42,315 bases of DNA from a virus (taxonomy: Duplodnaviria > Caudoviricetes), in the IMG/VR virus record IMGVR_UViG_3300048574_000208, positions 1-42,315 of that record. One strand, given 5' to 3'. Position 1 is the first letter of the stretch; the number at the start of each line of letters is the position of its first letter. The notes beneath the pieces are model-generated. The model was not told the origin of the DNA. It ran no database searches and worked only from the letters and a program-made list of their open reading frames with translations. Position numbers and translations under genes: made by a program. This document shows positions 16,470 through 24,254 of the stretch, piece after piece.

Positions 16470-17369
16470 TCAGCTCGGCATGCTCATCCGGTCGGCGATC
16501 TCGGCGACCTTCGCCGCGACCGCCTCCGGGGTGTTGTGGGTCTCGGCGCCGTCGAGCGCCTCCTGTCGTTTGGCGGCCTCGCGCGCGGCCTTGATGCGGT
16601 CGCCGAGGACACTCCACGCCGCCGAGATGATCGGACCGCAGTCCTCGGGCAGCGCGTCCCAGCGAAAGCCTCCCTCTTCGACCGCCTCGACGAGCACCGT
16701 GTCGAGCCCGTACCGCTCGCACTCCGCGCGCATCCGCAGGAGGGCATCAGGGCCTCGCTTCTTCGGGGGCCTCTCGGGCGGCGCGGCGTCGCTCGGAGCT
16801 CTCGGCGACTCGGGCCTCTGCTGCTGCGGCGGCCGGTCGCGGCGCTGCTGCTGACCTTGGCGCGGCGGGGTCTGCGCCCGCGGCGCGGCGGGGTCCGGCT
16901 CCTGAGCGGCGCGCCCGTCGTCGTCGTCCTTCTCGGCCGAGATGCCGAGCAGCGCGCAGTAGGCGTAGCGGCGCGCGAACGTGAGCGCGCTGCCGATCTT
17001 CTGCGGGCTCGGCGAGGCCGACTCGAGGACGAAGACGTTGGACATCCACTCGCCGCTCTCGTGCCAGAGCGTGGTCTCGACGGTGACCAGGCGCCCGTCG
17101 GTCGTCGCCGGCTGGGTGATGGCGAGGCCGGCCTCGGCGAGCGGCTTGCGGCAAGCGTCGATGAAGTCCGCGAGCTCGGCGTAGCGGTAGGTGTAGCCCT
17201 GCTTTTCACCGTCCGCGGGATTCACCTTGGCGAGGTTCGTCTTGCGGATGGTCGTGAACGCGCCCTGGGCCTTCGCGAGGGCGGAGACGAGCGCCTTGAC
17301 GCTCTCGCTGCGCGCGAACGTGACGGCCTGGAATATGGGCTCGCCGTTGATGATGCCGGTGTCGGTCAT
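16470..17369 (-). CDS. erf: ERF-family single-strand annealing protein
   Basis: ALAKAQ, YRYAEL, GLAITQ, TTLWHESGEW, PQKIGSALTFARRYAYCALLGI...DDDG. Confidence 0.92.
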   Translation of the reverse strand: MTDTGIINGEPIFQAVTFARSESVKALVSALAKAQGAFTTIRKTNLAKVNPADGEKQGYTYRYAELADFIDACRKPLAEAGLAITQPATTDGRLVTVETTLWHESGEWMSNVFVLESASPSPQKIGSALTFARRYAYCALLGISAEKDDDDGRAAQEPDPAAPRAQTPPRQGQQQRRDRPPQQQRPESPRAPSDAAPPERPPKKRGPDALLRMRAECERYGLDTVLVEAVEEGGFRWDALPEDCGPIISAAWSVLGDRIKAAREAAKRQEALDGAETHNTPEAVAAKVAEIADRMSMPS

Positions 17370-17986
17370 GGAGTGATCTCATTGCCCCAGGAGGTCCAGT
17401 CAGGTCGGAGGCGCCGAGCGAAGAACTCGGCGTAAGGCCCCATCGAGCGCGCCTCGATGAGCTCGTAGGCGGCGTCGGGCTTGCGGGAGTGCACACGGAC
17501 GCCGTCCTCGGTCGGGACCGGCGCGAAGAAAACGCTGGGCAGGTCGCGGCGCTCGGTGCGCACGGCGAGCCCGTTACCCCGCACGCAGAAGAGCATCGAC
17601 TCGTGGACGCCCCGGCCGTACTGGCCGAGGCTCATGCGCGGCTCGATCTCGCCGTCGACGGCCTCGCCCGTCTCGAGGTCGAGGGCCTTCGTCGCGCCCT
17701 TGCACTTCACCCAGACGAAGGTGCGGACGTAGCGGAAGCCCAGCATGTTGATGAGCTTGAGCGCGTCGACGAGGTAGTTGTCGGTGTACCAACACCAGAG
17801 GTGGGCGTCGGGTGCGGGCAGCCACTTGCCCGACTTCAGGAGCGCGCTGGCGATGTCGTCGACGTGCATCAGCGGGTAGTGCCGGTCGGCGCCACGCTTG
17901 CTCTTGCCGCCACCGGACTCGAGCCAGGGCGGGTCGATCTGCGCGGTCCGCCAGAGCCAGCGGCGCTCGAACAGGTCGGTGATCAT
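17366..17986 (-). CDS. MT-A70 family adenine methyltransferase
   Basis: DPPW, GADRHYPLM, AHLWCW, GFRY..TFVWVK, HSRKP, EFFAR, W..WGNE. Confidence 0.9.
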   Translation of the reverse strand: MITDLFERRWLWRTAQIDPPWLESGGGKSKRGADRHYPLMHVDDIASALLKSGKWLPAPDAHLWCWYTDNYLVDALKLINMLGFRYVRTFVWVKCKGATKALDLETGEAVDGEIEPRMSLGQYGRGVHESMLFCVRGNGLAVRTERRDLPSVFFAPVPTEDGVRVHSRKPDAAYELIEARSMGPYAEFFARRLRPDWTSWGNEITP

Positions 17987-18294
17987 CCGCGCCTCGCCGC
18001 TTCGTCAGCAAGCTCGCGCTCGCTCGGGGTCACGACGGTGACGGTGCCGTAGATGTGCCTCGCCACGGCGCGGGCGTCGTCCTCGGAGACCTCGAGCTCG
18101 ACCGTGGGCCCGGGCGCCTCCTCGAGCGACCCGCCGACCCGAAGCACGCGAGCGGTGACCGTCCTGTGTGAGGTCGAGTGGACCAGGGCCAGCTCGACCA
18201 GGTCGAGGGCGTCGACGAGGGTGATGGTGCGGGCCTGGTAGGCGTCGAAGACCGAGGCGATGTTGTCGCGGAGGCTGTTGCCGTGGACGCTCAT
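17983..18294 (-). CDS. Hypothetical protein, 103 aa
   Basis: ATGA-coupled on both sides. Confidence 0.6.
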   Translation of the reverse strand: MSVHGNSLRDNIASVFDAYQARTITLVDALDLVELALVHSTSHRTVTARVLRVGGSLEEAPGPTVELEVSEDDARAVARHIYGTVTVVTPSERELADEAARRG

Positions 18295-18671
18295 GCGCAG
18301 AGCTCCCCGGCTTCGAGGTAGCGCGAGGGCGGCACGCGGAGGGCGCCGGCCTGCGCGGCATCGAGCATCAGCTCGAGGTACAGGTCCCACGCGTCGGTGA
18401 CCTTCCCGATGACCTCGTCGGCCCAGGAAACGGGCAGCACCTGGCGCATCTGAGCGACGAGCGCCTCGCGGTGCAAGGAGGTCGGAACCACCCGGAAGCC
18501 CCACTTCGAGCAGCCGCACGGACAGGCATTGCCGAAGATGATCCAGCGCGGCGTGGCGGCGACGCTGAAGCGGTCGCAGTGGGTGACGATGAGCGGCTCG
18601 CCATCGGCCGACGTCGAGCGCTCGGTGGTCCAGACGAGTCGAGGAGGAGAGAGCAGCAGCGGAGCGGACAT
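18291..18671 (-). CDS. Hypothetical protein with CPCGC motif
   Basis: SD GAGGTG; coupled to downstream gene. Confidence 0.6.
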   Translation of the reverse strand: MSAPLLLSPPRLVWTTERSTSADGEPLIVTHCDRFSVAATPRWIIFGNACPCGCSKWGFRVVPTSLHREALVAQMRQVLPVSWADEVIGKVTDAWDLYLELMLDAAQAGALRVPPSRYLEAGELCA

Positions 18672-18685
18672 GGACACCTCGGTGG

Positions 18686-18970
18686 TCAGGGGTCGGTGAG
18701 GATCTCGGTGGCGGTGCCCCACTCGTGCGCCAGGTCGCGCACGCGGAGGGCGAGGAGGGCGATCTCGCGGGCCTGGGTCCGGAGCCGCATCGGGTCGAGC
18801 TCGTGGGAGGACTCGACCTCGGCGCCGAGCTCCGAGACGAGCTTGGCGAGGCCACGGCGGGTGCTCCGCAGCTCGCCGCGTAGGAGGTTGCGGCGCACCT
18901 CGGCGGCCGAAGCCCAGCGCTCTCTCGAGACCATCGGAGGCGCGGCCAGCTTCTTGACGGGCGGCGTCAT
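18686..18970 (-). CDS. Hypothetical protein, 94 aa
   Basis: ATGA-coupled; helical. Confidence 0.6.
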   Translation of the reverse strand: MTPPVKKLAAPPMVSRERWASAAEVRRNLLRGELRSTRRGLAKLVSELGAEVESSHELDPMRLRTQAREIALLALRVRDLAHEWGTATEILTDP

Positions 18971-19344
18971 GGGAGGCGCCCCGAGGGCCCGGCGATGGGG
19001 TAGTCGCGGCCCATCAGGAGGCAGCGGGCCCGCTCGCGCAGGTGGACGATGTGACGGGTCGCCTGGCCGCCGGGCCATTTGACGAGCTCGGAACTGCCGT
19101 TGATGCGGTGGCAACGCCCACGCCACTCGAGGCGGTCGGTGGTCGTGCGGTCGCAGGCCCGGCCGGCCTGCCGCAGGTGCTTCCAGAGGTGGCGGATGGC
19201 CCAGGCCCTGTGGTGGGGCCTCACCGGCTGAGCGGCCAGGGTGCTGGCGACCGCGCATCGAGCGACATGCAGTCCGGCAAGGTCGGCGACACGCTGTCGC
19301 TCGCGCTGCGCTGCGCACCGCTCGTGGTAGCTGAGGCCCCTCAC
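18967..19344 (-). CDS. Hypothetical basic protein, 125 aa
   Basis: GTGA and ATGA coupling fills the gap exactly. Confidence 0.5.
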   Translation of the reverse strand: MRGLSYHERCAAQRERQRVADLAGLHVARCAVASTLAAQPVRPHHRAWAIRHLWKHLRQAGRACDRTTTDRLEWRGRCHRINGSSELVKWPGGQATRHIVHLRERARCLLMGRDYPIAGPSGRLP

Positions 19345-19802
19345 GCCCCACCCCCGAGGCCGGTGGACTTGGTGAGGAGGGCGCGGGCCTCGGCGACCTC
19401 GGCAGGGCCGGCCGGGATGCCGGTGGCCTTGGCGAGGAGGGCGCGGGCCTCGGCGACCTGGGCCGGGCCGGCCGGGATGGTCTCGCAGCCGCGAAGCAGG
19501 GCCCGGAGCCAGCCGAGCATCGCCAGCGTCGCGTCGAGCTCGGCGAGCCCCTCGGTGGAGAGCGGGTCGATTGCGATGACCTCGCCCAGGACCACATCGA
19601 CCCGTCCGGTCGCGCCGTCCTCGCCGTCGAAGAGAAAGCAATAACCGTCGCCGTCGGGGAGGAGTTTCGCTCGCCAGACGGTGGGCATGGGGCCGGCGAG
19701 TCGGACGGCGGCCTCGCGGGCGCCGTCCTCGCGTCCATAGCAATAGGCGTCGCTGTCGTAGGCCCAGGAGCGCGGGTCGGTGTCGGTGGCAGGGTCGGGC
19801 AT
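19341..19802 (-). CDS. First gene of leftward early operon, hypothetical, with duplicated 20-aa motif
   Basis: SD GGAGG; immediately downstream of PL/OL. Confidence 0.7.
   Translation of the reverse strand: MPDPATDTDPRSWAYDSDAYCYGREDGAREAAVRLAGPMPTVWRAKLLPDGDGYCFLFDGEDGATGRVDVVLGEVIAIDPLSTEGLAELDATLAMLGWLRALLRGCETIPAGPAQVAEARALLAKATGIPAGPAEVAEARALLTKSTGLGGGA
19360..19479. repeat. 60-bp tandem duplication (4 mismatches)
   Basis: Units 19360-19419 and 19420-19479 encode IPAGPA(Q/E)VAEARALL(A/T)K(A/S)TG. Confidence 0.9.
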
Positions 19803-19820
19803 CGGTGACCTCCTGCCCTC

Positions 19821-19872
19821 GTTGTCGTCTCTGTTTTGGAGACTGTCAAGCGACTGTCTCCAAAAAATAGAC
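19821..19872 (-). promoter_or_regulatory. PL/OL: leftward promoter with two 17-bp operators
   Basis: TTGACA (19849-19844); operator GTCTCTGTTTTGGAGAC (19827-19843) fills the 17-nt spacer; second operator GTCTCCAAAAAATAGAC (19856-19872); -10 is weak (GACAAC). Confidence 0.72.
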
Positions 19873-20186
19873 TACCCACGGATCAGGGCCAGGATGGCCG
19901 TCGCCAGGGCGTTCGCCTCGGCCTCGCAGTCGCGGCCGGTCTCGTCGCGCAGGCCGTGATGAAGCACCACATGAGCGAGCTCGTGCAGCACGACGTGCTG
20001 CGCCGCACGGTCGCCGGCCCGGGCCTCCTCGAGCAGGCCTGGCGCCAGGAGGATGCGGGCGCGGTCCTCGGCGAGCTCCTGGGCGAGGCCCGGCGACGCC
20101 GCCGACAGGACGCGCGACGTCCCCATCGTCAGCTCGACGAAGCGGCCTGTGGCAGTAGGCACCCGCAAGGGTGCGCGCTTGTGCAC
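19872..20186 (-). CDS. ImmA/IrrE-like zinc metallopeptidase (minimal; start uncertain)
   Basis: HVVLHELAHVVLHH (HExxH) followed by EAEANALA..IL. Confidence 0.75.
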   Translation of the reverse strand: MHKRAPLRVPTATGRFVELTMGTSRVLSAASPGLAQELAEDRARILLAPGLLEEARAGDRAAQHVVLHELAHVVLHHGLRDETGRDCEAEANALATAILALIRG

Positions 20187-20308
20187 ACCGCGTGCCGGTG
20201 GATTGTGAAGCGCGGTCGCGTCTCGGCCCGAGAAAACAAAATCCCCAGCTTAACACTTGGCGGTGACGGACCGCGATGTGTCACGAGGCGATGTTAATCC
20301 GCTTCACA

Positions 20309-21025
20309 TCACTGACCTTGTTTGGCCAGGTACTCGAGCGCCAGCTGTTCGTCGGGATGGGTCGTCTTCTGCGTTCCAACGATCTGCCTTGCGGCGTCGG
20401 CGACCAGTTCAAGGCAGGCTCGATCGCGCTTGGCGATTCGGCTGACGGCCAACCTGAAGGCGTGAAGGCTGGGCACGCTGAGCTCTCGCAGCATCTTGTC
20501 CAGCTGAGCATCCGTCAGGCGCTCATCCTTCGCCAACTGCTTGCAGACGTGGCGAATGATCCCCTTTTCGATGGAGGTCAGCCTGCCATCGGCCTTCCCG
20601 ACGTAGAACAGGACGCGCAGCACATCGAGGTGCTCCTCCCTGAGCTCGTCGGCCGCACGCTGAGGTGATGCGAGATAGAGGTCGCTGAGGTAGCGGAGAA
20701 GGTCTGGTATCCGCTTGCCTTCCTCGTTGATGGCCGCCTTCACACGGTCGAGGCGGAAGGTTCGATTGGCGCGGCGCAGCTCGCAGTAGGCGAAGATGTA
20801 GGCCTCACCGTCATACTGGCCGAAGCGCTTCACGCGGACGGTCCGTTCGGATGCCTCGCCGTCCGCCGCCCGATAGCGGATGGTGACTCGTGTGTCGATG
20901 CTCCGCTGGGCGTCGATGAGCCAAGGGTCTACCTCCTGGTCTCCACGCCGCTGAAGCACCTTGGCAAAGAGGATGGCGATAAAGGCCGGAACGGCCACCG
21001 CTGCGACAATCATCACCCAGGTCAT
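20309..21025 (-). CDS. Membrane-anchored WYL-domain protein with C-terminal TerB-like domain
   Basis: N-terminal TM; TIRYRAADGEASERTV...YIFAYCELRRANRTFRLDRV (WYL); LFYVGKADGRLTSIEKGII...HPDEQLALEYL (TerB-like); ATGA-coupled to cI. Confidence 0.8.
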   Translation of the reverse strand: MTWVMIVAAVAVPAFIAILFAKVLQRRGDQEVDPWLIDAQRSIDTRVTIRYRAADGEASERTVRVKRFGQYDGEAYIFAYCELRRANRTFRLDRVKAAINEEGKRIPDLLRYLSDLYLASPQRAADELREEHLDVLRVLFYVGKADGRLTSIEKGIIRHVCKQLAKDERLTDAQLDKMLRELSVPSLHAFRLAVSRIAKRDRACLELVADAARQIVGTQKTTHPDEQLALEYLAKQGQ

Positions 21026-21696
21026 TCGTATCCCCTTCGTAGCTCGACCATCATCCCGCGCACGGTCCACTCGTCCGCGCGCTCCGGTCGCTGGTCTGTG
21101 CCGTCGAAGGGCCAACACCAGCTCTTGCGGTCGAGCTCGCGCCACACCCTGAGCTCGCTCTCGTCCTCCCCGCGGGTGACCCACACGACCCGGCCCGGGG
21201 CAATGACCTCGCCGTCCTCGAGCGGTCGGAACACGAGCACGTCGCCGGGTCTCAGGTCGTGGGCGACGGGCGGCGAGGTGTCGAGGGTCGCGGTCAACGA
21301 GGCCTCGGTCGCGACACGGGCCGCGAACCACCCGGCTCGGGCGTCGGCGACCGGCACGGTCTCCTTCGGGGTCGAGTATCCTCGATGAGTCCCATGAATG
21401 ATTGTGGAGACTGTCGACCCCACCAGCCCCACCTCGCTGGTGACCTCGGCCCCGAGCGGGATGCCGGGTGTGGCCGTCGGAGCGGCCCCGAAGAGGTTCG
21501 ATATGTGGACACCGAGGGCCGCAGCGAGCTTGTGGAGGGAGTCGAAGCGCCCGACGTGGTCCGAGTCTGGAGCCTCGATCTTCGAGATGGCCTGCTTGCT
21601 GACACCGCTGCGCTTGGCGAGGTCGACCTGAGACCAGCCCCTCTCCTCTCGGAGTTCGCGAATCCGCTTGCCGGGCCTGTCTGGTAGTCGGGCCAT
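21022..21696 (-). CDS. cI: CI-like repressor: XRE HTH plus degenerate S24-like C-terminal domain
   Basis: RIRELREERGWSQVDLAKRSGVSKQAISKIE HTH; FAARV...SL...LRPGDVLVF...VRGMMVELRR; divergent from cro. Confidence 0.85.
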   Translation of the reverse strand: MARLPDRPGKRIRELREERGWSQVDLAKRSGVSKQAISKIEAPDSDHVGRFDSLHKLAAALGVHISNLFGAAPTATPGIPLGAEVTSEVGLVGSTVSTIIHGTHRGYSTPKETVPVADARAGWFAARVATEASLTATLDTSPPVAHDLRPGDVLVFRPLEDGEVIAPGRVVWVTRGEDESELRVWRELDRKSWCWPFDGTDQRPERADEWTVRGMMVELRRGYE

Positions 21697-21736
21697 AGGC
21701 TGGCATCGCAACACGTGCCGTGAAGAACCGCCAACG

Positions 21737-21789
21737 GTCTCTGTTTTGGAGATCATCGCTTGACGAACACGGTCTCCAAGATTGAGACT
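21737..21789 (+). promoter_or_regulatory. PR/OR: rightward promoter with two 17-bp operators
   Basis: Operators GTCTCTGTTTTGGAGAT (21737-21753) and GTCTCCAAGATTGAGAC (21772-21788); TTGACG at 21760-21765, possible -10 GAGACT at 21784-21789. Confidence 0.72.
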
Positions 21790-21796
21790 ATGGGAC

Positions 21797-22069
21797 ATGA
21801 GCACGCTGTTCCAACTCTGCGACTCGCTCGGACAGGCTGAAGTGGCCCGGCGCCTGGGTGTGTCCCGCAACGCGGTGAACAAGGCGTATCGGGCTCTGCG
21901 TGGGGTCGACGCGGAGCTCATCGCGCGGTGCGCGGCGACCCAGGGGCTCTGTGCTGAGGGCCAGGTCTTCGACGTCGAGGGCACGCTCCTTGAGTGGTAT
22001 CGCCGTCTCAACAGCCGGAATGCCTCGCGCGCCCACACTCAAGCCGAGGAGGGTGGTCATGCCGCCTGA
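21797..22069 (+). CDS. cro: Cro-like HTH protein
   Basis: GQAEVARRLGVSRNAVNK HTH; small; divergent from the repressor. Confidence 0.75.
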   Translation: MSTLFQLCDSLGQAEVARRLGVSRNAVNKAYRALRGVDAELIARCAATQGLCAEGQVFDVEGTLLEWYRRLNSRNASRAHTQAEEGGHAA

Positions 22070-22520
22070 GTCCCGTTCGCGCCGCATCACCCGGTCGATT
22101 GCCAAGCTCATGAGCAAGGACCATGGCTCTATCTGCCGACTCGCCGTGCAAACGGGTCGAGAACGCTCGACAATCAGTCACTGGTTCACCACGGGCGAGG
22201 AAGGGCGCTCATACTCGATGCCGGTCGATGTGCTGCCCGAGGTGTGCGACGTCTTGGGGACGGTCGATCCGCTGCGGATGATTGCCGACGAGCTCGGCTA
22301 CGATGTCGTCCCGCGCTCGCGCCCGACGAGCTGCCCACGCCCGGTGCAAGACGGCGTCTGGGACATGCTGTCTCGCACGGCCGACGTCGGCCGTGAGGTC
22401 TCTGAGGCCGCCCGCGACGGCAAGATCGACAACGACGAGGCGATGCGCATCCGCGCCGCGGCGCAGAACGCGCGCGACATCCTCGACGAGATGTTGGCGC
22501 GTCTCCCGAGGCCACTGTGA
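22059..22520 (+). CDS. Phage regulatory CII-like protein (186 CII / YmfL type)
   Basis: SD GAGGAGG; HTH, PLRMIADELGY, then EAARDGKIDNDEA; directly after cro. Confidence 0.7.
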   Translation: MPPESRSRRITRSIAKLMSKDHGSICRLAVQTGRERSTISHWFTTGEEGRSYSMPVDVLPEVCDVLGTVDPLRMIADELGYDVVPRSRPTSCPRPVQDGVWDMLSRTADVGREVSEAARDGKIDNDEAMRIRAAAQNARDILDEMLARLPRPL

Positions 22521-22529
22521 GGAGAGGCT

Positions 22530-22718
22530 ATGGACGACACGACCGACCCCGGAGAGGTCATCAACGACCTTTCACGCCTGCTGTCAGATGCGGGCCGTCG
22601 GCTCAGCAGGTGCGAGGCGGCCGACCTTTCCGTCTTGTCGCCCGCGATGCGGGCCGCATGGAAAGAGGAGCTTACCGCGCTGGCGGACCGGATCAAGGCG
22701 CTGACCGAGAGGCTCTAG
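22530..22718 (+). CDS. Hypothetical protein, 62 aa
   Basis: SD GAGG; helical. Confidence 0.55.
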   Translation: MDDTTDPGEVINDLSRLLSDAGRRLSRCEAADLSVLSPAMRAAWKEELTALADRIKALTERL

Positions 22719-22840
22719 CCTCGCTTCAGGGCCCTGTTGATCTGAGACAGCTCCAGCCGAACCGTATCGAGCTCAACGTCGTCCAGCGTGGCGGCTTTTT
22801 TGGCCGTAGCCTTCGGGGCAGGGGTCTTCTTCTCGGGCAT
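22715..22840 (-). CDS. Possible small antisense ORF, 41 aa, Lys/Ala-rich N-terminus
   Basis: SD GGAG before ATG 22840; convergent stop overlap with the preceding gene. Confidence 0.35.
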   Translation of the reverse strand: MPEKKTPAPKATAKKAATLDDVELDTVRLELSQINRALKRG

Positions 22841-22926
22841 GGTCCACTCCATGGCTCGGGGCGGGTCGCGAGGCGAGTAACGGCGCTTCGCGACCCCATC
22901 TTTGCCCATCGTCACGAGGTCGGCAA

Positions 22927-23022
22927 ATGAGGTCGCCTCACCACGTCATCCTGGCCGTCAACCTGTCGTGGGGTGGCATGATCGTGCTGACCCTCCTCGC
23001 CGCGCTCATCGAGGCCCTGTGA
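22927..23022 (+). CDS. 31-aa hydrophobic peptide (not in ORF track)
   Basis: SD GAGGT; MRSPHHVILAVNLSWGGMIVLTLLAALIEAL; stop overlaps ssb start (GTGA). Confidence 0.5.
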   Translation: MRSPHHVILAVNLSWGGMIVLTLLAALIEAL

Positions 23023-23444
23023 ACCACGTCACGCTGATCGGCAACCTGGGCGACAACCCCGACGTGCGCACCACGGCCAAGGGCAAGCTCGTCGCCACGA
23101 TGCGAGTCGCGACCACCGAGGGGCGCGGCGAGGCCGCGGTCACCGACTGGCACACCGTCGTGGCCTGGGACCGCTTCGCGCAGGCCGCCCTCGAGCTGCG
23201 CAAGGGCGCCCGCGTCGTGGTCGTAGGGCGCCTCAAGACTCGCTCGTGGGAGGACCAGCGGACCGGCCAGAAGCGGTTCGCTGTGGAGGTCGTGGCGAGC
23301 TCGCTCGCGCGCGAGGCGTCTACCCGCGGCCTCGCGACCGAGGAGCCGGCGCCGAGTGATCCAGCGGCTCCTTCGTCTGCGCCCTCGAGCCCACGTGATG
23401 CCAGAGACGAGCCCGACTACTTCGACGACGACTTGCCCTTCTGA
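23019..23444 (+). CDS. ssb: Single-stranded DNA-binding protein
   Basis: NHVTLIGNLG, TDWHTVVAW, KG..V.V.GRLKTRSWED, C-terminal DDDLPF. Confidence 0.95.
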   Translation: MNHVTLIGNLGDNPDVRTTAKGKLVATMRVATTEGRGEAAVTDWHTVVAWDRFAQAALELRKGARVVVVGRLKTRSWEDQRTGQKRFAVEVVASSLAREASTRGLATEEPAPSDPAAPSSAPSSPRDARDEPDYFDDDLPF

Positions 23445-24058
23445 TGGCTGGGCTGTCCGAAGAGGAGGTGCGTCGCCTGGCGTCCCGCCTCGGTCGGAGA
23501 CCTATGGCGCGCCGTCTCGGGCTCTCGGAGTGGCAGGTGCGCAAGCTCCTCGCCCAGGTCGGCCTCGCAGGTCGTCGCTCGAGATGGACCGAGCCGAGGC
23601 CCGACCTCGCCCCCGACGACTACGCGGGCGTCTACACCGCGGACGACTACCTCCGGGACAACGCGGGCGAGCGGAGCAAGCGGCGCCTCGCGCGCGAGAT
23701 TGGCTGCAGCGCCTCGGCGCTGAGGCTGCGCCTGTCGAGTCTGGGGCTGCGCCCAAGCGAGCTGAGGACCGACCTGACGGTGTCGCAGGTCGCGTTGCTG
23801 ATCGGTCGGAGCGAGGACTACGTGCGCACGCTGGTCCACCGGCGTGCGCTGCCATGGCGGCGGGTCGATGGCGTGTGGCGCGTGTGGCCGAGCGAGCTGC
23901 GCACGTGGCTGCTCGAGGACGCCGCGGGTCGGGTCGAGTGGGGCCGGGTGCCGCGGGACGAGCTCCCGACCATCGTGGGGCTGCTGGTCGGCGCGTGGGG
24001 GGTGAGCGAGGACCACAAGCGGTCGAGGCGGCGGCGCCGGGGGGTGGAGGATGGGTGA
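23444..24058 (+). CDS. Multi-HTH DNA-binding protein, candidate late-gene regulator
   Basis: Three HTH-like segments (MARRLGLSEWQVRK; LAREIGCSASALR; LTVSQVALLIGRSEDYVR); directly upstream of cos/terminase. Confidence 0.65.
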   Translation: MAGLSEEEVRRLASRLGRRPMARRLGLSEWQVRKLLAQVGLAGRRSRWTEPRPDLAPDDYAGVYTADDYLRDNAGERSKRRLAREIGCSASALRLRLSSLGLRPSELRTDLTVSQVALLIGRSEDYVRTLVHRRALPWRRVDGVWRVWPSELRTWLLEDAAGRVEWGRVPRDELPTIVGLLVGAWGVSEDHKRSRRRRRGVEDG

Positions 24059-24132
24059 GGTGGCGCAGAGCCGCATGGATGGCCGTCGCGACGGGGCAAG
24101 GGGCCGCGCACCCGCGCCACAGGCGGGGGTGC

Positions 24133-24158
24133 GGGGTGTGTCACGGGTGACACACCCC
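24133..24158. promoter_or_regulatory. Perfect 12-bp inverted repeat upstream of the packaging genes
   Basis: GGGGTGTGTCAC-GG-GTGACACACCCC. Confidence 0.55.
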
Positions 24159-24169
24159 CCCCCTGGTCT

Positions 24170-24220
24170 GGGTCCTTCCCGGGGGGCCGGATGTAGCCTG
24201 CGGGTCCCTCACGGGTCCTG
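24170..24220 (+). other. Putative cos region (lambda cosQ-like GGGTCCT)
   Basis: GGGTCCTTCCCGGGGGGCCG resembles lambda GGGTCCTTTCCGGTGATCCG; immediately upstream of Nu1/gpA-type terminase. Confidence 0.55.
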
Positions 24221-24254
24221 AGAATGACTAGTTGTAACTGGCACGGAGTTTGAC

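Noticed and set aside
21395-21415. Fifth operator inside cI (TGGAGACTGTC)
   Set aside because: Only one half-site matches GTCTC-N7-GAGAC
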